A stretch of 21,078 nucleotides of DNA from a virus. Within the stretch, counting starts at the first letter, position 1. The number at the start of each line of letters is the position of its first letter. Under the pieces are notes generated by a model. It was not told where the DNA came from. It searched no databases and saw only the letters and a list, made by a program, of their open reading frames with translations. The position numbers and the translations under genes were made by a program. Below are positions 1-6,182 of the stretch, one piece after another. Location of the stretch: the UHGV virus genome UHGV-0370164; one strand, written 5' to 3'.

Positions 1-116
1 TGCGGCGTTCTTACAGTGTAAGCAGTAAGGAAACCGCGACGGGGGAGCAATCCCCCGTCAATCGGTTGCTAAGGTTGGCTGAAGTGGCACCCTATCTCAC
101 AGACATGAACAACAAA

Positions 117-148
117 CCCGCAGCGTAAGAACTGCGGGTTTTCTTTTT
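117..148 (+). terminator. Intrinsic terminator-like hairpin with U-tract
   Basis: CCCGCAG (117-123) / CTGCGGG (132-138) stem followed by TTTTCTTTTT. A perfect 9-bp hairpin with GCAA loop lies upstream at 38-59. Confidence 0.5.
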
Positions 149-216
149 GGAACAATCACTAGCTAGTGTACCGTTAACGGCACATAATGCTCGCACAACA
201 AACCTGTTAAAAGAGA

Positions 217-498
217 TTACTCAGCATTCTCCTGCTTCCATTGCCGGATCATTTCATCGGTAACATCACCCTCATAACATACCACGTCATACCCTCCATT
301 ACGGCTATATGCACTGCGTCCACCACATCTACTACCATTCCTTGCATGATTATAAGGACACGCACAATTGCCAGGATAAGATTCAATGGATTCTTTAATT
401 ATTTCTTTTTTGATCTGAGCATCAGACTTTCCTGTTGCTGCATATCCACTAAAAGATACTAAACAAAGGCAGATTGCCATTAATAAACCACATCGCAT
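217..498 (-). CDS. Small secreted cysteine-containing protein, unknown function
   Basis: ORF-track frame 217..612; start placed at internal Met (MRCGLLMAICLCLVSFSGYAA...), which reads as a signal peptide; mature part has CxCPY...RCGG...C pattern. AT-rich. Start codon uncertain (alternative Met at 480). Confidence 0.45.
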   Translation of the reverse strand: MRCGLLMAICLCLVSFSGYAATGKSDAQIKKEIIKESIESYPGNCACPYNHARNGSRCGGRSAYSRNGGYDVVCYEGDVTDEMIRQWKQENAE

Positions 499-963
499 AC
501 CGATACACTCTATTACTAACCAATCATAGCCCACATCATAAAATCGAGATGAGGAGTACAATACCTTTAACAAGAAGGTGTCATAACGATAATATGTCGT
601 GCAATTCATCAAAAAAAAGATCTATATCAAAGAGATAGAACTCTTATCAGCGCTTCAGACATCGGCATTCGAGGCAGCAGAAAAACAGTAAATCTGACGA
701 ATTTGCCTTTTCCCAAGATGTTGTCAGATTAAAAAGATAGATTAGCGCAGGTACCTGTTGGTGGATTGCAGGAGGAAAAATGAAGTCGAGTGAAAAAATC
801 CCAGAAAAATTTTTGTTTAACAGAGGTCCTGGTTCACTATGCGAAATACGGAGGAGCTGCAGAAGAATTCTGCTTCATCCTTAGAGTTTAAACAGCACGT
901 GCACTACCATTGTTTCTGCATATCGCCACACCATCGCCACTCTACCGCCATTGCACAAAATAC

Positions 964-992
964 AAATACGAAAAAACCACCCGAAGGTGGTT
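964..992 (-). terminator. Intrinsic terminator downstream of the tRNA fragment
   Basis: AACCACC / GGTGGTT stem with CGAA loop; on the minus strand it is followed by TTTTTCGTATTT. It sits about 45 nt 3' of the tRNA fragment, as expected for a native tRNA terminator. Confidence 0.5.
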
Positions 993-1036
993 TCACGACA
1001 CTGCTTATTGCTTTGATTTTATTCTTATCTTTCCCA

Positions 1037-1091
1037 TGGTACCCGGAGCGGGACTTGAACCCGCACAGCGCGAACGCCGAGGGATTTTAAA
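1037..1091 (-). other. Attachment-site core: 3' 55-nt fragment of a tRNA-Leu(UAA)-like gene (partial, no 5' half)
   Basis: Reverse complement reads TTTAAAATCCCTCGGCGTTCGCGCTGTGCGGGTTCAAGTCCCGCTCCGGGTACCA: anticodon loop, long variable arm, T-arm and CCA end of a class II tRNA. Sequence 5' of it (1092-1125) is not tRNA-like. Confidence 0.7.
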
Positions 1092-1197
1092 AACTATCAA
1101 CCACCATTTATAAATCATAACCTTATGATTTTATTAACTTTGAAAATGGCTCTATACAACGCCATTTAAATCTATTGTCACTTTTTATCGCCACTTT

Positions 1198-2199
1198 TTA
1201 CCCTCTATTGTCAAAAGGGTTCAATTCAACAGCAGCCTCTAAATGACCTGGAGCAAAATGCGCATAACGCATAGTCATTTTTATATCGCTATGCCCCAGT
1301 ATTTTTTGCAACACAAGAATATTTCCGCCCCGCATCATAAAATGACTGGCAAACGTGTGACGTAGCACATGAGTTAATTGCCCATCAGGAAGCTCGATCT
1401 TCGCTCTCTTAATTGCAGCGTCAAAAGCCTCATAACATGGTGAAAATAGCGCTCCTCGTTTTTGAGGAAGCATAGCCTGCAATTGAGGTGAAATCGGTAC
1501 AGTGCGGTTCTTCTTTCCTTTAGTTTTAACAAATGTGATTCGACCGGGCAGTACTTGAGATTGCTTTAATCCTTCAGCTTCACTCCACCGAGCACCAGTC
1601 GCAAGCCCAATACGGACAACAACCCCCAAATCTTTATTCCGTGACTCATCACACGCAATCAGAAGGCGTTCAATCTCATCTACATACAGAAACGCCAGTT
1701 CCTTTTCTTCCTCACGAAACTTGCGAATACCAGTCAGGGGGTTTTCACCAGACCACTCCCCAAGGCGCTTCAGTTCGGCAAAAACAGCATGTAGATATGA
1801 CTGCTCGCGATTAACGGTTGCTTCACTAAGTTTTTTCTTCCCCTTGGGATTCCATTCTCCTGATAGCCTTCTTTCCCGATAAGTAGCAAACATATTTTTG
1901 TCAAACTGAGAAGCAAATGGATCCCCCAGCCTGGAACAAATCGCCTCAAGTTTGACTTTGCGCTCTGCACCAGAGGACAAGGTTTTACCGTACATCTCAA
2001 ACCAACGAGCAATCAACTCAGAAAGACGAGGACCAGAACCATCTTGAAACTCGTCTCCAACTCTACTATTCATTAAACGGCGCTCATAAGAGAGCGCCTC
2101 ACTTTTTGTCGCAAACTGTTTACGAATGCGTTTTCCCGATGCCCCGTAGGGATAACATTCGCAAAGCCATTTACCTGATGGAATCTTACGAACCGACAT
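1198..2199 (-). CDS. int: Tyrosine recombinase, P2-type phage integrase
   Basis: 333 aa; C-terminal catalytic region (ARWSEA..., HVLRHTFASHFMMRGGNILVLQKILGHSDIKMTMRYAHF) matches the P2 Int family as recalled; adjacent to the att core. Confidence 0.95.
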   Translation of the reverse strand: MSVRKIPSGKWLCECYPYGASGKRIRKQFATKSEALSYERRLMNSRVGDEFQDGSGPRLSELIARWFEMYGKTLSSGAERKVKLEAICSRLGDPFASQFDKNMFATYRERRLSGEWNPKGKKKLSEATVNREQSYLHAVFAELKRLGEWSGENPLTGIRKFREEEKELAFLYVDEIERLLIACDESRNKDLGVVVRIGLATGARWSEAEGLKQSQVLPGRITFVKTKGKKNRTVPISPQLQAMLPQKRGALFSPCYEAFDAAIKRAKIELPDGQLTHVLRHTFASHFMMRGGNILVLQKILGHSDIKMTMRYAHFAPGHLEAAVELNPFDNRG

Positions 2200-2204
2200 T
2201 TTAG

Positions 2205-2552
2205 TTACTTATCACATAAATCAAATGCAGCCTTAGTGACATCCCCCAGACTCTTTTTTAACCCTGGGGCGGCATCATTATCTAGCCAAAATGGATTATT
2301 GTTATCTAACGGTAACGCACCAAATGTTTTACCTTTTATTCGAGCTAAACCTGTAAGCGCATATAACTTATTATCGTCAAAATTCATCACATAAGGATTA
2401 CCATCAAGACACTGTAATTGAACCTCATCAGTATTAAATGGCCATACCCCATTGAAACTCTCACGTTCAATAGTTTTAAAAGGCATTGCGACGGCGGAAA
2501 AAGAAAACATAGATAAAAAAGTAACTAATAGTTGAACCTTTTTTACTTTCAT
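2205..2552 (-). CDS. Secreted/periplasmic protein, unknown function (lysogeny-operon cargo)
   Basis: 115 aa; N-terminal signal peptide (MKVKKVQLLVTFLSMFSFSAVA); GAGGT Shine-Dalgarno 8 nt upstream; ends 5 nt before int start; AT-rich. Confidence 0.7.
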   Translation of the reverse strand: MKVKKVQLLVTFLSMFSFSAVAMPFKTIERESFNGVWPFNTDEVQLQCLDGNPYVMNFDDNKLYALTGLARIKGKTFGALPLDNNNPFWLDNDAAPGLKKSLGDVTKAAFDLCDK

Positions 2553-2581
2553 ATCATTACCTCAATTTAGCTCAAGTAAGA

Positions 2582-3232
2582 TTACAAATTAAAAAACACC
2601 CTAGAAATGGCACCGCCTACCAAAACCCCTACGCAGATAAAGAATATTATTTCTTTTGGATAAAGTCGGATTAATTCTGAAGCACGAAGTCGAACTTCTG
2701 GTAAGGCCGAACTCTCTGTGTGACTTGATGCCGATTGTTGCTCTAACCACGACAATGCAGACTGTAACTGAGAACGAGTAAGATCGTTTAAACGTCCTGT
2801 ACCGAAATTGATATGGCAATACCGCAGAAGTTTTTGTCGAAGTCCACAGTCTTCACTGTTACGTAGTAATAAACTTACAAGAGTCTTACAGGCATCATGA
2901 TCTTTACATCGCTCAAGCATTGCATGCAGAAAACTCTCCGCTGTTTTATATTGATTTACTGTCATATCATCAATACCAGCTACACCAATCTCCGCATGTA
3001 CTTTTTGCCAAATAATAAACGCTTCAGTATTGCTAGCTTCTGCAATAGCAGCAACCAAGCTATTTAGCTCCTTACGCTGAGCCTTAAGCAAAGGGCGATC
3101 GTCATCATCATTATTCGAAGGGATTGCGATATTGACGGTATGAGAACCATCATATCGCTCTATCTGAATATTCTTTTCGTGAAAATCACGCCCAGCAACG
3201 CGATTGTTTGAACCGTTTGAGTTGACGGCCAT
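2582..3232 (-). CDS. Membrane-anchored protein, unknown function (lysogeny-operon cargo)
   Basis: 216 aa; strong GGGAGGTG Shine-Dalgarno 6 nt upstream, immediately after the repressor stop; C-terminal hydrophobic helix (IIFFICVGVLVGGAISRVFF); N-terminus carries an NNRVAGRDF motif. Confidence 0.7.
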   Translation of the reverse strand: MAVNSNGSNNRVAGRDFHEKNIQIERYDGSHTVNIAIPSNNDDDDRPLLKAQRKELNSLVAAIAEASNTEAFIIWQKVHAEIGVAGIDDMTVNQYKTAESFLHAMLERCKDHDACKTLVSLLLRNSEDCGLRQKLLRYCHINFGTGRLNDLTRSQLQSALSWLEQQSASSHTESSALPEVRLRASELIRLYPKEIIFFICVGVLVGGAISRVFFNL

Positions 3233-3247
3233 GTCACCTCCCTACTA

Positions 3248-3652
3248 TCACCTACCCTTAGTTTCGTTATAGTCACGACCAGCGATACGGTTATTACCAC
3301 CAGAAATATTTAACTCACGTCCTGATGGCTGAGTTTCCTTTTCACTGATCGCACCTTTTAAAGCCCCGATCACCGCGTTTTTCACATCTAACGAAGCTGC
3401 TCGAAAGCGAGTAATCAACTCCTGCTCATCATCGTTATAAGTTTCAGGTGAGTGAATTCCCAACACAACATACTGAACATCAAGGCCAAAACGAGACAGC
3501 GCTGCCAAATACGCAGCATCAGGAAAGCTATCTCCTTTCTCATATCTAAGCTGAGTTAGCTTTTTGACTCCACCAATGTCGCTCATGGCAACTTGACTAA
3601 GTCCCAATCTTTCCCTTTCCTCACGCAACCGCTGACCAATATCATTTTTCAT
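3248..3652 (-). CDS. HTH (XRE-family) immunity repressor, C/cI-like
   Basis: 134 aa; N-terminal helix-turn-helix (LREERERLGLSQVAMSDIGGV...); transcribed divergently from the early operon and upstream of int, as in P2/186. Confidence 0.85.
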   Translation of the reverse strand: MKNDIGQRLREERERLGLSQVAMSDIGGVKKLTQLRYEKGDSFPDAAYLAALSRFGLDVQYVVLGIHSPETYNDDEQELITRFRAASLDVKNAVIGALKGAISEKETQPSGRELNISGGNNRIAGRDYNETKGR

Positions 3653-3727
3653 ACAAAAACCTTGACAGGTATCTTTTTTGATACCAAAATGATTTCACGA
3701 GCTATTAGATGATCACAATATACCACT
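3653..3727. promoter_or_regulatory. Lysis/lysogeny switch region: divergent promoters with operator palindrome
   Basis: TTGACA (3662-3667), 17-nt spacer, CAAAAT (3685-3690) on the plus strand; perfect inverted repeat GGTATC-N6-GATACC (3668-3685) sits in the spacer. Confidence 0.55.
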
Positions 3728-3934
3728 ATGAAACAAGTTCTTCACGATACCAGATCACGCATTCCGCGTAACACCGCCACAGGTCCAAGACTGGCACTTC
3801 GGCTGTCCCTCGAGGAGCGAGCCGTCATTGATGAAATGGCAGCTAAAGAACAACGCTCATCCTCTAACATGGCGCGCATGATCTTCCTTCGCGGCCTAGA
3901 GCTAACCCAGAAAGAACAAAACAAATCTTCCTGA
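3728..3934 (+). CDS. Small ribbon-helix-helix-like regulator (Cro-like position)
   Basis: 68 aa; RLALRLSLEERAVIDEMAAKEQRS-SNMARMIFLRGLE reads as strand-helix-helix; first gene of the rightward operon. No clear Shine-Dalgarno. Confidence 0.55.
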   Translation: MKQVLHDTRSRIPRNTATGPRLALRLSLEERAVIDEMAAKEQRSSSNMARMIFLRGLELTQKEQNKSS

Positions 3935-3950
3935 TCAGGAGGCTAGTGGG

Positions 3951-4154
3951 ATGTCAGGTATAACCATCAATATCAATGTGAATGCCCCCTATGTATCCCT
4001 GCAGAAATATGCAGAGATAACAGGTATCCCTCTTAATACATGCAAAAAGATGTTGGCTGACGGTCGAATTATTATCCGCCCCAAACGCGCCAAAATGGAA
4101 AAGCCTGAAGTAAACCTTGTGGCGATGTTAAAAGACGCTTTGGCTAACAGCTAA
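3951..4154 (+). CDS. Cox/Apl-like HTH excisionase-regulator
   Basis: 67 aa; AGGAGG Shine-Dalgarno; HTH-like segment VSLQKYAEITGIPLNTCKKMLADGRI; position matches cox/apl of P2/186. Confidence 0.65.
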   Translation: MSGITININVNAPYVSLQKYAEITGIPLNTCKKMLADGRIIIRPKRAKMEKPEVNLVAMLKDALANS

Positions 4155-4175
4155 AACAATGAACAGAGCATCATC

Positions 4176-4526
4176 ATGAAAAAAAACACTAATAATCCAT
4201 ACTCCAAATTTCGTAATGGCGTAGAACGCCATGTACACCACGTCGCTACCAGTGCATCACGTAGTAACAGCCGCTATAACCTGAACGAGACGCACGCAAC
4301 ACCAGATGGGCACGCTGTAAAACAAATCGGCGAACACACCTGGCTGATTGAGAAAGCTGGAATCGTGGTTCACAGATGCCCACACAATCCGTTTACCGGA
4401 AACCGCATTTTTGCATTAAGCAGCGGCGATAATCAGTTCGGGCAGGATTTCACATTGTACGAAGCACTACGCACAGTCGATCGTCTGCTTCGCGGGCAAA
4501 GTTTTATTAAACAGGCTGCTTTATAA
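4176..4526 (+). CDS. Hypothetical early protein
   Basis: 116-aa ORF in the rightward early operon; no recognisable motif. Confidence 0.5.
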   Translation: MKKNTNNPYSKFRNGVERHVHHVATSASRSNSRYNLNETHATPDGHAVKQIGEHTWLIEKAGIVVHRCPHNPFTGNRIFALSSGDNQFGQDFTLYEALRTVDRLLRGQSFIKQAAL

Positions 4527-4536
4527 CAGGTGCTTT

Positions 4537-4815
4537 ATGACTAAAGACCATGCACAAGGTGTATTTATCCGCTTTATTGATTTTCGCGGTGAACTGTTAT
4601 TACGCGCATCAGCTATTGACGGAGTAGTTCCATCTGAAAAAAACGCAGCTACCTACGTTTATCTGAACGGTACACGCCTGACTGTAGAGCTTCCGTACCA
4701 GATCATTCGCGAAATAATTAGCGAAGCCGAAAAATCTCGTCAGGTTAATGGCGATGAACCCTATATCGAGATTATCTGCATGGATTCAGAAGCTGAAATT
4801 CAGAAAGCAGATTAA
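4537..4815 (+). CDS. Hypothetical early protein
   Basis: 92-aa ORF, same strand and tight spacing as neighbours. Confidence 0.5.
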   Translation: MTKDHAQGVFIRFIDFRGELLLRASAIDGVVPSEKNAATYVYLNGTRLTVELPYQIIREIISEAEKSRQVNGDEPYIEIICMDSEAEIQKAD

Positions 4816-4826
4816 AGGGTGTTGCG

Positions 4827-5069
4827 ATGGATAAAGAATATAAAACTCTCATCAACAAAGCACTTGAGCGTTTTTATTTTCGTTTAAGCGCATCCGGCGC
4901 TCATTCAGAACGTGCAGCCCGTGACTCATTGACCAGGGCTATCCGGAGTCTGTATGACGTAGCTTTTTACGCTGACGATCTGGATGCACTTAATGAACTT
5001 TCTGAGCTTATCTGCGCCGCAGAATGCGGGGAGCATATTGAGCCGTACAAACTGGGAAATATCGCATGA
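4827..5069 (+). CDS. Hypothetical early protein
   Basis: 80-aa ORF; AAGGG upstream of ATG. Confidence 0.5.
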   Translation: MDKEYKTLINKALERFYFRLSASGAHSERAARDSLTRAIRSLYDVAFYADDLDALNELSELICAAECGEHIEPYKLGNIA

Positions 5070-5179
5070 GTATATTTATATCCTGGATTGTTCTTATTAT
5101 TTCGGTGGTTTGTGCAATTGGTATTATGCGAATTATTAATTCAGTAAAAAAGATTGAACGCTTTTTCACTGGCGAATAA
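5066..5179 (+). CDS. Small hydrophobic peptide (37 aa), putative membrane protein
   Basis: Not in the ORF track. ATG at 5066 overlaps the previous stop (ATGA); translation MSIFISWIVLIISVVCAIGIMRIINSVKKIERFFTGE is one transmembrane helix plus a basic tail. Confidence 0.3.
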   Translation: MSIFISWIVLIISVVCAIGIMRIINSVKKIERFFTGE

Positions 5180-5265
5180 CCGCATAAATAAAACCCCAGC
5201 TTAAATAAAAAAATGTGAACACAATCTGCATTCGCAGAGGTATTCACACACACCAAGGAGGCGTA

Positions 5266-5469
5266 ATGGCAATTAAGCATTTTCCTGTCGTTCGTTTCAC
5301 CTCCAGAGGACGTGAATACGAAGTCGACGAACGTCTGATTACCACAATCGACAAACACCGCTCAGAAAAGGATGCACACCACATCTATCTCACTGACGGC
5401 ACTTACTTTTGCGCCACTAATGTGGCGCGGGTGAATCTTATCCGACAGGTACAGGATCCACGCAAATGA
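5266..5469 (+). CDS. Hypothetical early protein
   Basis: Internal ATG of ORF 5215..5469 preceded by AAGGAGG; 67 aa (MAIKHFPVVRF...). Confidence 0.55.
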   Translation: MAIKHFPVVRFTSRGREYEVDERLITTIDKHRSEKDAHHIYLTDGTYFCATNVARVNLIRQVQDPRK

Positions 5470-5684
5470 GTAGGAGAAGAATCACTCGCAGACATCACCG
5501 AACACACCTGAGTTCCTCAGCAACGCTAAAGGCACTTATTCAAAGCGAGATCGGTGATTTCTTCGCGGGAGTTGGCTCACCAGGCGAACCAGAAACACCA
5601 GAAGCGATGCAGCGTGAGCTCATGATACGCATAGATAACACTTTTGATTTCTTCTACAGCATGCACGGAATTAAACAGAAATGA
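5466..5684 (+). CDS. Hypothetical early protein
   Basis: 72-aa ORF; ATGA start/stop overlap with the upstream gene. Confidence 0.5.
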   Translation: MSRRRITRRHHRTHLSSSATLKALIQSEIGDFFAGVGSPGEPETPEAMQRELMIRIDNTFDFFYSMHGIKQK

Positions 5685-5792
5685 ACCTCAAGCCAGCAAT
5701 AACTACTCGTAGAACGTCAATTCCTGTAACCGACCGCTTCTGAGTTTTTTGGCAGGAAGCCTTCGCACATCTGTAGTAAAGAGAATTGCAGC

Positions 5793-6182
5793 ATGATTGA
5801 CGCTCATGACTTCACAAGATGGGTGCGCACACAGGACACCCGTCTGGCTCCCGTTCTTCAGGGATTATTTGATCTCTACATCCGTGGTCGTGACAACAGA
5901 GCACGCACCACAAAACCGGAGAATGCAGACACCCTTTATTTCACAGTAGACGACTGCTACCGCGTGGACTTCACACCACACGGGCTGGCGTTGCACTGCC
6001 TGACACCACACGGCGAATCACTGCTGGCGTATTACGACTCCCCGGCCTCCATATTTGCGGCAATGCTGGCGCATCGCACTGCTGGCGGGTGTGCCTCGCT
6101 GAGTGAATACTCCGCTGAATTTAACCGCCTTTCCGCCCTCTTCTCACAGGAGTGGCAGCGCGTGACGGGATACCAGCCATGA
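5793..6182 (+). CDS. Hypothetical early protein upstream of gpA
   Basis: 129-aa ORF; its stop overlaps the gpA start (ATGA at 6179-6182). Confidence 0.55.
   Translation: MIDAHDFTRWVRTQDTRLAPVLQGLFDLYIRGRDNRARTTKPENADTLYFTVDDCYRVDFTPHGLALHCLTPHGESLLAYYDSPASIFAAMLAHRTAGGCASLSEYSAEFNRLSALFSQEWQRVTGYQP

Noticed and set aside
241-462. 73-aa plus-strand ORF
   Set aside because: Antisense to the secreted-protein gene; Thr/Ile-rich translation of AT-rich DNA.
839-1113. Plus-strand ORFs 839..1090 and 910..1113
   Set aside because: They run through the terminator hairpin and the tRNA fragment; no ribosome-binding site; the region is better explained as att core plus flanking non-coding DNA.
1037-1125. 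Possibility of an intact tRNA gene
   Set aside because: Only the anticodon loop to CCA end is present; the sequence where the acceptor 5' strand and D-arm should be cannot pair with the 3' acceptor strand.
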